A stretch of 64,000 nucleotides of DNA. Source: Sphagnum compactum (Eukaryota). The DNA is taken from contig OZ234493.1 in assembly GCA_965153455.1 (NCBI GenBank), positions 22,744,213 to 22,808,212 on the forward strand, in the 5' to 3' direction. Below, one piece after another: positions 13,301 through 25,767 of the stretch. Under the pieces are notes generated by a model. It was not told the origin of the DNA, did not search any database, and saw only the letters and a list, made by a program, of their open reading frames with translations. The stretch's first letter is position 1. The number at the start of each line of letters is the position of its first letter. The position numbers and the translations under genes are program-made.

Positions 13301-16300
13301 AAACCAAGAAGACAGACGAACACAACAAGAGAAAGGAAACAAAATTACCTGTACTCAATCTGAATAGCTGGATCAAGGCGACCAGAAATCACCTGCAAGG
13401 CAACAGTGGCTGCTTCAACTCGATCAAACTCCACGAACCTGCAAGGGCCCCGGCTAGTGCGAGCACTCCTCACTTTTGTCACACCTCCAACCCCCTCTAC
13501 TGCAAGATTGAATATATGTTTTAGCTCTCCCTCATTCATAAAATTAGGACCCACAATGTCAGGCAGTCCAATCCATAATGTATTCGTAGGTACTCTTTCA
13601 GCTGCTTCCCGCCCAACCCCATCAGGACCCCAACCTCCTCGTGTCCTCCCAAATCCAAAGCCACCACCTTGGGCTCCACTTGTGAAGCTCATAAGCTTGT
13701 TGGAGATGTTTCCAAGAGCAGCTGCAAGAGCTGGATTATTAAGTCCTCGACTGCTGGAAGTCCCAGTGATAGGGGGTGTGTGAAGCAATGCAGTTGTGGG
13801 TGGAGGAGAGCTCAGAAGAGTCGTCCCTGAGGCACTCCTCTGTGCTGGAACATTTTTGTACTCCACATTAATGCACTGATTCCCAAATTGCGCCCCATTC
13901 AGATTGGCTTTTGCAAGAGCAGCACACTCTGGTAACCTGTTAATGAAACATCCAAGTTTACATGCAGCCCAACCAACAAAAGTGGGCCAATTGATTCCTC
14001 CTGGAACAAGAATCAAAGAAACCATTGCAGGTACATGTAGGGCAAGCTGCCATGACAATACTCACTCATACCCACATGTCAGAAAATGCAATAGCATTAC
14101 CTGAAATCAATGAAGCAACAGCCATTTTGCCGCAGAAACTTCCAGCCAGTAAGTTCCCCAAACTGTGAGAATGCAGTCAATAACTGGTCATCACAAACTG
14201 AAGGATCAACCCGCCCGATCCAGAGGTGACGGTTGCCACCTTGATTAACCACATCAGAGGTCACATTCACAACACTAGACACAGTATTCCGGTCTGGGGC
14301 TGCATCAGTTGTTGATGGTAAAAGATAACCACCACCCTCTTTACGTCGTTGCCGCACATGAGCTGTAACAGTAGCAGCATCCTCTGGGGTTTCAAATTCC
14401 AGCAATATTGCACTTGCGCTGACCAAAGCAAGTACAGAACGGGGCCCTTTCAACCCTGCTGCTGTCATGTCCCTAAGAAGCTCTTCTTTCGCACTTTGGC
14501 TCGAGATCCCTCCAACCCACACATGACAACTCACACTGACTGCACCTCCACTGCTCACATGCCTATCAGTGCCACCAGCATCAAGAAACTTGATTTGCAA
14601 AGGCTTTCCCCACAGCACAGCTCCCTGCATAATCTCGCGAGCCTTGACTGCATTGCGCACACTCTGATACTTCACGACTGCAAAGTCACGGCCCCGAAAA
14701 ACTGACACCCCTTCAACAGGACCATACTTCTCAAAGTGGAACTTGATGAGAGCTTCACTTACATTTGAGCCTAGTGATCCTACCCAAAGGTGGGGGGAAG
14801 CTGGGAAAACATCCATGGCTGTTGGGTCTCCATCTAAACACCACCCAATCTGATTTGGGGCGGTGACCTGGAAATGCACCATTGATGGCTGCTGAGGAGA
14901 AGGTAAAATAACCGACCTGGTTGCACTTGGTTCAATCCATGGAGGACCTCCGTTCACAAAATCCTTCCTCTGCCCCCAAGATTCCATGTCATTGTCAGCA
15001 GGCTTATCTAGCTCTTGAGGTGGCTCTGGAGGCCTCCCTCCAGTGCGCCAGTTGGGAGCCCATGTGGTTGTTGCATGAGACTTCCCTTTAACATTCCCAG
15101 GAACTCCAGGATCAGCTTCTTGCTCCCTAGATGGCCAGGAACCACTCTCTGGTGCCTGCTTATAAGTCTCAGACCCTCTCGTGAGTCTGGAGTTGTGATC
15201 AGCCTCAGCACTACTGTATGCAACCCGAGGCTCACTATCACCAAACTCCTCTCCTCTGTGCCATGTCTCTCCCTCAGGTATGATTGAAACAGTTTTCCGA
15301 AAGTCTGAGGGCATTTCTGCAGGATGATCATTGGAGTATTCCCCTCCCTCGTACCCAGGTGGTTTTGACAATCCATAGCACCATTGAGTGCTGTCTGCAG
15401 TGGCATTAGAATACTCTGGAGCATGCTTCCTGTACCCTAGATGCTCCATTCTATATTGAGAAGCATCATTCCACCGAGTCCCAGGGATTCCTTCACCAGG
15501 GTTGACATAACTACTGTAGTAAGATGTTTCATCTCTTTGTTTGTCCTCCCCAAAGACTGGAGCAGCAGGCTCATCAAAGGCAACAAGCTCAAGATCTGCA
15601 GGAGTGAAGGATGGGAGTGTCTTGAGAATCAACAAGAGGAGAGGGAACACCTCTTTCTCCACTTTGCTGCTTGCTGTACAACGGAAGTGACGCACCACTG
15701 ATACGAGCCATCTCTCAAGAGCAGGTTTTGTGTGCACAACCTGCTCCACAAACACAGAAATTAGTCTCAACAGTCACAAGGCTTAGACATCTGTATGATA
15801 CTCAAATTCACCTTACAAGAATCCATCCCAAGCTGCCCAGGGGAGCTCACTTTGGCAAGTAAAGTCGTCAAAGTATCACTCTTTTGTTCTTCAAGAGCCT
15901 TCACCTCGCTCTTTGGTGATGACACTGCCTCTTCCTCACTTTGCTTACTAGGAACGTCATCCAATGCCCACTGAACAACCTCTGCACTTCCATTTCCAAA
16001 ACCAAATTCCCCATGTGCCCAATCCTCAAGCTTCAGGTTGGGGCTTGATGGCCAAACAGGTTTCAGAATCTGTGCCAAAAACTGTTGTACATTTTTGCGG
16101 TGCTCAGCATCCAGGGACAACAACTCAAAGCACACTGAGAGAATTCCCTCTGCATCTCCCTTGATGATTCGCAGCAGACTTGAACTTATCAACCTGACAA
16201 GCTTGTCTGGCTTTGTACACTCAGCAAAAGTTTCACTTTCTTTCTCTATATTTGAAGCTTCTTCTTGCACTTCAGCCTTTCCAATCCTGCATTCACTGGG

Positions 16301-17339
16301 CTGAAAGAGTTCATGTCCATTCAGCTGCCGAAGCAAGTATGTGTAAATGGTACGGCAGACTTCAGTACAAATCCCACCTACACTTAAAAGACTGCTTGCA
16401 GCACTTACAGAAGCCGCAGCAAGGTGCACTAACCCATCCAAGCATGCTTCTGCAGTCTTCCCTACAAGGGGGTCTTCTATGGAACCTCCTTTCCGGAGGA
16501 CCCCGCAGCTCCACTCCGAGAGCTGTATTGTTGTCTTTGCAGCAGCCTCAAGAGCCGATGGACAGAACATTGCATAACGAGGTATGAGCTCTGCGGCGAT
16601 ACGGCGTGCACTTACACAACCTGCCGTCACAAATCACTCCAAAAGAATTCATGTTTGCAATGAGTCCCGAGAAGCAAAGGAGACATTTGTATGGCATGCT
16701 GGCTGCAACAGAAGAATTCAGAGGGTAGTTCCAAGAGGCAATGTCACCACATGACCTCAGGCAGGAACCACAAGATTTGTAATTCAGAGAGCCTGGGAGA
16801 GAAGAGAGAGATGATGTCTTTTGCAGAGGGCTTAGGGTTCAAGGTACCTTGGGCACCTAATGGGCATTTATGAAAGAAGCTCAAGTATAGAAGAGAAGTT
16901 TGCCCTAACCTTTGGAAAGAGCAAGCATGGAGCGATATGCATCTTCACCATCGTTCTCAATGCCGAATCCCACATTCTGGGATTCATCCTGTCTTGCCAC
17001 ACGCATCTTTACCCTTCTGTAAGCTTTGTAGAAGCTCACAATCTCCTCCCTATTGCGCTTCTTCTGGACTTTCTCGTCTTCAGCCTCGGCCACCACTGCT
17101 GCTTGTGGATGATGGCCTGTAGGTTCAATGCCCTCCCCGAAGGACCTTGTGTTCTTCCCCTCCTCCACCATCTTCTCGTCTTCTTCCTCAAGCCCAGACT
17201 GCTGTTCTGGATGATGATGACGTGCTACAGGATTGACCTCTGATGATCGGGGCTTCGATTCTGCTTCCGCCGAAGCTTTGATGGACGAGGAATCGCTAAT
17301 TTCCGGACGAATCTCCACACGAACTGTCTCGCCAGCCAT
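10317..17339 (-). CDS. RRM (x4) + Pro-rich + C-terminal SPOC domain nucleic-acid-binding protein (Spen/FPA-like architecture), ~1711 aa
   Basis: Exons (minus): 17339-16910, 16620-15851, 15740-14101, 13936-13349, 12876-12559, 12387-11329, 11044-10963, 10829-10785, 10520-10317. All introns are GT-AG and phases give 5136 nt of open frame. RNP2-like motifs HLWVGSLG, HVWVGGIS, HLWIGRVD and TLWIGLP. SPOC motifs WQGTLCKSG, WPDKLDVTKRADF and FEQFVAYLRQRDRAGVVK. The N-terminal segment LIPRYAMFCPSALEAAAK resembles a conserved uncharacterised plant RRM-SPOC family. Confidence 0.9.
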
Positions 17340-17719
17340 GATGATTTCGTGCAAAATTCCTCTCACAAAAACCCGCACTCACCCAGAAATCCAGGAACAA
17401 AACTCCTTCATCACAAGTACCCCAAAAACCTAATTTCATCACATCCATATGCTGTTCTCGTCATCCTCCTCTTCCCTGTCGTCGTCTTCCTCCTCCTCCT
17501 ACTCGAGCTTTTAAAGAACAACATCCTCCCTCACTCACTCTCTTACATATCAATCCGAGAACAAAACATTTCCTCAAAGACGACCACAATACACAAATTC
17601 TTTCACCCTAAAAAAAACCAAATTACGCTTCACTCTTGTAACAACTCGATTAGTTCCCTTGCGCTTGCCACAATTGTCCCACAACCCACATCCAGAAACG
17701 TGACGGTGAGAGCAATCAA

Positions 17720-17802
17720 TCCGTCGAGAAGCGTTTTGCAATCGCGGAACTCGAACGATCCTGTCGAGAAGTTTTCTGCAATTGCAGAACTCAAAACCCT
17801 AA
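17720..17802. promoter_or_regulatory. Upstream region of the RRM-SPOC gene: duplicated ~33-bp motif and a telo-box
   Basis: gtcgagaag.....tgcaat.gc.gaactc occurs twice (~17723 and ~17763). AAACCCTAA at 17794-17802. Confidence 0.4.
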
Positions 17803-20800
17803 CTAGGGGCTTGTATTGGCAATCTAATAGTGGGCGTCGGGCCCGCCATCATCGACACGTTCTTGCAATGGCCAAAAAGTTCTTTTGTTTTTTTTTTGGG
17901 GCCTTGCTTAGGTTTTTGCCTCCTAGTGTTTTGGGCATAGCCTTTTGTCTTGCATGGCTCCTTCTTTGCGTCTTCTATCAGTTCAAAATGTCCTTTGTCC
18001 ACATTGCTCTAGCCTCTACTTGTTACGTGGTTATCAAGGCATGTCAAGAATGCTCACCTTTATGCTAGCGTCGTCTCCCGAGCTAACCAAGATGTTTTGC
18101 CTTTGCAAATGTTTTTCCCTCATGTGCTCCACCTTGGTTTTATCCCCCTTGCTTTTTGGGGTTGGCTTTGAGCTCAATCTAGCTTCATTTTGAGGTTGTT
18201 TGAAATTCATTTTGATTGTCCTCATGTGTGTCATAGGTTCCCTCAAGCCATCCAAGATGAAATCAAACAAGCTTTTCGTTTACCCCTTGATTGAATTGCT
18301 CAAGATTTGATGGACAAATCAACATAATTCCTTCTCCTCTTGTTGCCACATTGGTGTTGACATTATAATTGAGAAGGTCGTTAAGGTCAATAAGAGGTTT
18401 TTGCTTACTTTAGAAGGTTTATGGTAAGCAACTGGTCTTTTCTTCAGGAGGAGTCCTCTCGTGCTTCACATGCTCCTCATTCCCACCGTTCCTTGGATGA
18501 TTCTTTGACCATTTGTCTTCGTTGATGTCTAACTTTGGGTAGAGCCAAAAAGTACAATCTTGTTGCTAGGGCTTTTCAACCCATGATGCTAGTTATTCCT
18601 TCAAAGGACACCGTTACAACTTTGTGTCAACTACACCCCTATCCATTAAACCATGTCCCTTCACTAATTTTTTACTTTTAACCTGAGCACACCTTTGTCA
18701 TGGATAGGACTTTGTTTGCACAAACCTTAGCCATTGTTCCCCATTTGTCTTTAGGTGGACTATACGGGATGGACTATGAGCATTTCTCGAATTACTTCAT
18801 ACTAGAAGTCCCATCCTTAGGGTTTTCGGAATTATTCCAGGCCATTGTTGTTGTTGCACATGGTGATATCCTTAGGTCAATGGCCTTAATGCTGGGGGCT
18901 AATAGATTGTTGGCAATGGCAAAGGACTTTAAAGGTCTTCCTCTTATTGCCATATGCGAGATGTTTTCATTGATTATTAGTTGTTTTATTGTCTTACAAC
19001 TTCAAGTGTCATTTTAAAAACACCTTTCACCCCATCAATTCAAAGTATTAACCCTTGGAGGCTGTGAGACCATCCCTTTCGACATCAAAACCCTCTTTGA
19101 CCTACACCTTGATTGGGGCATAATATAAGTCGATGCCAAAAATGCTTTTAATAATGTGTTTTGAACTATTATTTTTAGAGAACTACAAGATGTTAAGGGA
19201 CTTTTAACAAAGATTATCCCCTTTACTAAGTTGTTTTATGGTGTTCATTCTTTTTTTTACTATCAACATGGGCAACATGAAGAAGGGTTCACCATTACTG
19301 AGTCAACTCTAAGCACGAAGCAAGGTGCCCCCTAAGAGGTCTTTGATTTGCTTTGGCCCATTATCGAACACTCCTTGAAACCATTGTGTGAGCCCGTAGC
19401 TATGTCTTTCCATCCCTACCAAACGAGACACACATCATGGGCCTTATGAGCAAAATTGTCCTTGTTTTTTACCACCTTTCGACCCAATTAGCCCTAGTTG
19501 AACTAAGGGCAAATGTCAAAGTGCAAGCTTTAGAATCCATCAAGGAACTCTTCAGGCATAAAGATTCTTTAAGGCTACACTTTGGTCACAAATGGCTTAC
19601 GTATTTTGGGTTTGTTAGTGGGTTTTCAAGATTTTGTCACACATTTTTTAGATGAGGCTTTATCTCAGAACATGATGCATATCGATGATCTTCCTATCTT
19701 AAAAAACACATAGGTTACATTGGGCATTATGTCCTCATGTGTCACTTGTCAACCTTCTTATCTCATTCGAACAATATCTCCTCCTTCTTCCTTCTTATCT
19801 CTTTTGGCAAATTTTTGATAAGAGAATTAAGCATGTATGTGGGGACATTATGGGTCCAAGGTTATGGGAGCCTATTCAGGGCCCTTTAATGAGACGTCAA
19901 GCCTAACTACTAATCTCCTTTGGTGGTATAGGCCTTTTTATCTATAGAGGATTGTGCCTCATATGCCTTTCTAGGGAGTTAGCCTTTGGTGGCTCTATAT
20001 TTATGCTCCAAGTTCCATATTTTTTATAGACTCATTTTGGAAAAGTATGTTTCTCAAATTGAAGGGGGCCCACACCTCCTTTAATTGTGCCTTTGTGCAA
20101 CTCGAGATAACCTTCCTCTTGTAGCTAAAAAGATGCACCCTTCTTTTGAGATAAACTAGCACTGTAGGTCTGTAGGCGGGGCAAAAGCACGATGCGCTAT
20201 ACCAAAATGGATGTCACAGACATTGTTTTTCAAGAAATGAAATTTAATATAATGCTACATGATAATTGGATTGAATATTTTATGGTTTGAATTCAAATAT
20301 GTATGGATTGAATATTTTATGGTTTGAATTCAAATATGTATTGTAGTTTATATATGTAGTGAAATGCATAAAACATTTTTACAATTAGAATTAGTTGGAT
20401 AGTGTTTTTGAACTTTTTAAAATAGCAAATGTGTCGTGTAACAAATTATGTGGACTTTGTTTTCACTAAAAGTAAATTACTTCTTAAATTTCAATCACAT
20501 GAATTGATCAAACATGACATATATGACATGTGGAAATCAAAATTCAAGAAAAAATATTTTATTTTATTTTCATGTGCGCTCTGAATTGATATATCTCTAA
20601 AAGTCCATAATGGACATAAAAATGAAGAATTGGAAAATTTTATTTAGGAAAAATATGTTTATATTATGAATATGAATAATGGTGTGAAATCAATAATAAC
20701 ATTCAATAAGGTTCAAGGCATGATGAATATCTAACAATTCTCCTATTCAGACATGACTATGGTTGGAAAAACAAATAAATAAATGAAATGTTAAAAAAGG

Positions 20801-21815
20801 TCCACGTTGATATTAACCATTCTAATAGACTTATATAGGAAGAAAATAAGTTATAGACCAAGGCGATTAAAACATTTAAGAAAAACTTATGAACTTTCAC
20901 AAATGAGTAATATGCAAAATGTTGGAAATGTGAAAGGGGTGAAAAAGGGAGTAAAAAAATTGTGTACTTTTGTGTGGATTTTGCATGTGCCACTTTTGGT
21001 CCACTTCACCATGCTTTCACCTAAGCATCTTTGATGGACATCCATCACAACACATCCTTTAAGTCTATCTTGGATGATGACTCCATTTCTGCAACATCTA
21101 GAGCCTGCATTTATTCTTGTTTGGGCAAATGGGCAAGGCTATGGTTGATTGTTAGGCCATCTATCCATTTATTCTACACACCGTATGGTGAAAGTGGTGG
21201 TATGCCCTTATGTTAAGAGTTTCATTACGAACTGATATCTACATGACTCGTGAGGACTAGGTCTTTGTTGTTGATGTGGTGGTTACTGACCTAACATGAA
21301 AGATGGTGGTTATGAGTGTCATTAGTCAACCAGTAGGTGTAGTTGTGAAACTTAGCACCATTGTTAAAATCCGTAAATATAAAGGGATTCATGACGAGCA
21401 CCACTTTATTCCAATGGCCATGGAGGTGCATGGCACACTCGAGCATGATATGGATCGTTTCATCAAAGAATGTGCTCATCTTTTCCACAACAGACAATCC
21501 AGAGGTCATTTATTTTGGTCTTTTTGTATTCAGTTTTTTAAACAATGTGTTAGTATTGTTCTTCAGCGTGTTTTAACCTTTGTTATAGAGAGGAAGATTA
21601 CGTCAACGGGAGATGCTTATTCTAGACCTCTTATTATTATTCGATCTCACGATTTGCATCTAGGCGACATTAGAGGGGCTATGGGTGAGATAGTTTCCTA
21701 CCATGAGAGGGACTAGCTTTCTCCCTTCTTTGGTTCTTGCAAGCAATGCGTCTTTTGGTTTTTTTTTGGCCTTCCCTTTTGTTTTCTATGTGATGGTTCC
21801 AATCATTGGCTTTTA
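17803..21815 (+). mobile_element. Decayed non-LTR retrotransposon of the RLE-bearing (CRE/R2/NeSL-like) type, interrupted at 20176-21021
   Basis: Broken frames give an N-terminal Zn-finger-like CPLCPHC (~17990) and RT-like motifs (LLAMAKD..GL..IAICE, HLSPHQF....GGCE, VDAKNAFNN, KQG.PL). The C-terminal region has DVVVTD...KIRKY...HFIPMAMEVHG, typical of a restriction-like endonuclease. There are many stops and frameshifts. Confidence 0.75.
20176..21021. mobile_element. AT-rich non-coding insertion, Tourist/PIF-like MITE candidate
   Basis: Splits the LINE reading sequence (ggtctg-TAG | insert | TAA-gcatctttgatggac). Imperfect terminal inverted repeats (ggcaaaagcacgatg...accaaaa vs reverse complement ggtgaaagcatggtg...accaaaa) and TAG/TAA flanks. 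Confidence 0.5.
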
Positions 21816-23018
21816 TTCACTACAAGTGCAAAAATCACATTTTGTTTAATGTTTTTTCACAGGTGAAGCAAAATGTTGTGTATAGTTTTAATCTGTGAAC
21901 ATACCAGCAACATGGTATCCAACTTGTGCAAAGCTAGGAGATTTACGTGAAGATTTGAGCGAAGCTAGCTCACCATCACTTGCATCAAAACATTGACAAA
22001 ATGTTTCATAATTTGTAGTCCGTTTAAGGTGATGAACACATTCCACTCCAGAAACTAACAATGGGTGTAATGGGGAAGGAGAAATAAAGAGACCCATGTA
22101 CAAAATCATGGTGAAATGAGATGTTCGCAGGTAGATGATCCTTACCTCCAATGTACTACCATTTGGAAAAGTTTGCCATGAAGGGACCAACTTTACAATG
22201 TGATCATTGATTGGAGGGCCCATGCTTCGAGGATGTTCCCAAGCTTGTAACGACCGTTGCCAATTGTTTTTTTAGATCTTTGTTCATGACTCTAATTCCT
22301 CATCTCGAGGGTGAGGAGGTGTTTGGTTTTGCCATGCACAATGTTAACTTTTCGCCAAGGGCAAATAATGAGTTGCCTAGGCCTGACTACGTCAAATTTT
22401 CTTATCCTCATGTGGTTGTTCTTGCTTGTCATTGTGAGCCATACCGACATGGCCATGGCTAATAGTCTCAATGTTTAAGAATTGTGTTAGGAATATTCGA
22501 GTGTGGTGAGGTTTTTAGGGGGGTTTAACAACTTTGTGTTATAATAGGGGTAGAGGAATGCGCACAGGGTGTGGGGGGGTTGTTTTGTTTTCCGAAATGC
22601 GATATTGGTTGGGTTAGTCCTTTTCTTCAGCAAAAAGTTGGTAAACTATAGTTTTAAAACCTTAGTAGCGTAAGAAGGAGCGAGAAATCGCTAGGAAGTT
22701 GAGGGAAGGAAAAACAAACACCGGAGTTCATGGTGTGCAACAAAACATTGGTCTTGTATCAGTATTTAACAAGCAGCAAGGATGTTGGGAATCTGTGAAG
22801 CAGGAGGAGGGGGTTAGTGAAAGGCCCAATAGAGATAGAGCGATCTTCAAGCCATAGGAACGAAGGATTAATTCGAATCAGCTTAATGGTTAAATAGATG
22901 ATGTGGTAGTGTGCCAATGATAATAGGAGTCTCATAAGGACTGAAACGTTTATTTAGATTATGAGTAAGCTCGACAAGGAGCTATGGGTACATGTTAAGT
23001 CCTGGCCTATGCCATGGT

Positions 23019-23441
23019 TCATAGCTGTAGGAAGTCTAGAATGCGTCGAATAGTACGAACTAGATAGTCCGCCTTGCTGTTAGGAGGTAGGCGATGAATC
23101 GGACCGCGCAACCAACGATAGTGTCTAACGTCGGGAACTGAAGACCAAGCGAAGATAGAAGTGTCTTCGGTTTCATAACAACCTTCACAAACGATTTCGG
23201 GTTCGTCACCGGAAGTAGGATCGATTTGTAACAAGATCACCAGGGTGTGGGAGTTTGGCGAAATACGGTAATACCAGGCTCGAGGGGGTTCAACTTCAAG
23301 ACGAGCGCGCACCTCTCGAGGTTCGAGTTCTTCGTCACGGGGATGCTGTGTTAGAGTCAAATCTAAAGACGATTCCGAAGGCGGTTCCTCGTTCACTTGT
23401 GCGACTTGGGGCCTGTAGGAGGTGACTGTGCGCGACGCCAT
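23019..23441 (-). CDS. Intact intronless 140-aa ORF of unknown function inside the solo-LTR-like element
   Basis: ATG at 23441 (MASRTVTSY...) to TGA at 23019 with no stops. CpG-rich compared with flanking TE relics. TATAAAT at 23537-23531 and AATAAA at 22954-22949. Confidence 0.55.
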   Translation of the reverse strand: MASRTVTSYRPQVAQVNEEPPSESSLDLTLTQHPRDEELEPREVRARLEVEPPRAWYYRISPNSHTLVILLQIDPTSGDEPEIVCEGCYETEDTSIFAWSSVPDVRHYRWLRGPIHRLPPNSKADYLVRTIRRILDFLQL

Positions 23442-23660
23442 GCTTGCAAGGAAGAGAAGAAAGATCTTCAACAAAAATCAAATTGCAATGAAGGTGGAGG
23501 GGATTTGTGACATCAAGTTATGTGATCGTAATTTATACGCAAGGAAAAGAAGGGAGTGGGTAAAGAATGGCCTAGGACCATGGTAAGGTAAAACCTTTGT
23601 GTCAAAGGATAAAAAGTGAGGGTTTAAGTAAGTTTGCTTGGGGGGAAGTGGGAATAAGTG

Positions 23661-23870
23661 CAAAGGAACCTTCTCCTTCCATTGACCACCGAGCAAAGGG
23701 ACCTTCTCCTTTTCCTTCCATTGACCACCGAGCAAAAGAACCTTCTCCTTCTCCTTCCATTGACCATCGAGCAAAGGAACCTTCTCCTTCTCCTTCCATT
23801 GACCACCGAACAAAGGAACCTTCTCCTTCCATTGACCACCGAGCAAAGGGTTCTTCTCCTTCTCCTTCTC
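23661..23870. repeat. Tandem minisatellite, five 33-39 bp units (ccttctccttccattgaccaccgagcaaagg)
   Basis: Directly visible, nearly identical units upstream of the TATA box in the LTR-like element. Confidence 0.9.
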
Positions 23871-24105
23871 TTTAAAAGGCGAACTTGGGTGATTGGGGTG
23901 CTCTCTTTTTCCGACGAGAGATGACCTCTAATTCAATCTCGGGAGTTTTAGTTCTGACAAGCTCTTGAGGAAGAAAAGGATGATCAATTTTGGGAGTGGA
24001 GAAGGCGAAAGAGAGTAGAAGGGGGATTTGGTAAAAGTTTTGGAAGGATGGAGGTGAGTAAGAATAGTATTGGGAAGTAGGAACTCTAGGGAAAGTTAAT
24101 AAACC

Positions 24106-24430
24106 CTCTCGGGTTTTGTAGCATAATTTCCTAGTTATTTAGCTGCAAATCCTGAGATTTGGTAGGAAGGTGCGTCTACTAGTTAGCTTTCCAAAGAGCT
24201 AAAGTAAGCCGAATTTGAACAATCTGGGTGTGAGAAACAATTCTCCAAGTGACTGGTGGTCTGCAGTCAAGTTGGACCAACAACTTCCACAAAATCCTCT
24301 CGGGTTTTATAGCATAATTTCCTAGTTATTTAGCTGCAGATCCTAAGATTTAGTAGGAAAGTGCCTACTAGTTAGCTTTCCAAAGAGCTAAAGCAAGCCG
24401 AATTTGAACAATCTGGGTGTGAGAAACAAA
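24106..24430. repeat. ~135-bp direct repeat at ~190-bp spacing within the LTR-like element
   Basis: ctctcgggtttt(g/a)tagcataatttcctag...tctgggtgtgagaaacaa at ~24106-24240 and ~24297-24429. Confidence 0.9.
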
Positions 24431-25630
24431 TCCTTCAAATGATTGCTGGTTGTAGCCAAGTTTAAGGAAGTGTTGAGTTCATAAAAGTTTGTTTAAAGGG
24501 ATGACAATTTAGTATAAGGTTCTAGGATCGGGGATGTGGGGATCAAAAATAATAATAATAACAAAATAAAATAAAATAAAAAATATAGGTATCAATGTTA
24601 AGTTGTGAATGATGCATGGGCGGCAAAGAAATTTAATCTCGACTACAAACGCAATCTAGCATCTAGAAGTACGCTCGCTTCGTCTTTCACCAGTAGCATT
24701 TATGCTTTCAAGTATAGTCACCTTGTAGAACCGGGAGTAGAGGGACAAAAGTTGCCTCACAGTCATCCCAATAGTGTTGACAACTTGCACGTCCATGGGT
24801 CGCCATGTGTTACACGAAGTATGTTTTCTATACTTTCTTAAGGTGGCATAATGGTAAATGAGATTACATGTGGGGATGGCCTTTGGCATATTGATTGGTG
24901 CCTTCTTAGGTTTGTAATGCAATGTTCTAAATTGCAAAATATATTGGTGTGAAGTGCACAAGAAAAATCAATACACATAAGACAACATTTGGGACCCTAG
25001 CCCCATGTTATTATAGTTTTTGGGCCCAATTTGATCTGGGGCTCTTGAGCACCATAAGCATTAGTTTTGTCTAGATGACTTCAATCATTATGTGGGTGGG
25101 TCTTCGCGAAAGCATGCCATTGTTTGACCGCATGTTTCAAATGTATGGCCTATACAACATGGTGTTAACCTTATTCAAAAAGAGGTATCATCTTTGGAAG
25201 AGGCTGGGTTTATGTTTGACTCCGAACACAGGAAAAACCCTTGGAGTTTATTTAGAGGTGAACATTCCACTTTAACCAATTTCCAAGTTCCTTCAACCTT
25301 CACACCAAATGTAATCAAACCTACAGATGCAAGCATTTGGCCCAAATCTCATTGTGGCAAGAAGGTGAGAAGGCCTTCAGTGTTTAAATTCACGCAACAA
25401 CACACCAATAATTTGGGATGCTAGTAAATTGCTTAGTCCTTCAATTGGTTTGCTCCTTGTAGATGTCCATCCCCTTGGGTATGGACGAATCTACAGCATA
25501 TTTTGTGGCCATAAGCGTTTTGATATGAGAATTGGAAATCACCCATGTTGATTTTGTATATATTTCATTGTCATGTCAACAACTTCTTTAGGTAAGCATG
25601 GAGCATGGGTGCAATGTAAACACATGTATC

Positions 25631-25767
25631 CACTACAATAAAAGGTGTCCCTATACACCAAGTGATTTCACTAGATTTTGAGTGGATTCACTAGTTTTAG
25701 TAAATGGGGATTAGTTAGAAAGTAGTGAATAGGGATTAGTGAACTACACCCACATTTTGTAGTAGTG
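25631..25767. mobile_element. 137-bp non-autonomous CACTA (En/Spm) element
   Basis: Begins CACTACAATAAAAGGTG and ends CACATTTTGTAGTAGTG (14/17 inverted match). Perfect 3-bp target duplication ATC on both sides. Excision restores the host CKHMYH frame. Confidence 0.85.

Larger units (their letters stand above)
22476..24594 (-). mobile_element. 2.1-kb solo-LTR-like insertion
   Basis: 5-bp direct target duplication ATGTT at 22471-22475 and 24595-24599. On the minus strand it begins TGATACC and ends ...TA (probably a mutated CA). It contains internal repeats, a TATA box and an AATAAA, but no gag/pol. Confidence 0.7.

Noticed and set aside
11519-17243. Numerous plus-strand ORFs
   Set aside because: Antisense shadows of the GC-rich exons of the RRM-SPOC gene.
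17349-18068. 239-aa plus-strand ORF
   Set aside because: Non-ATG start. It spans the antisense 5' UTR/promoter and the LINE start, with no coherent protein features.
23478-23924. Repetitive ORFs (GGQWKEKEKVPLL etc.)
   Set aside because: Products of the 33-39 bp minisatellite, open in most frames.
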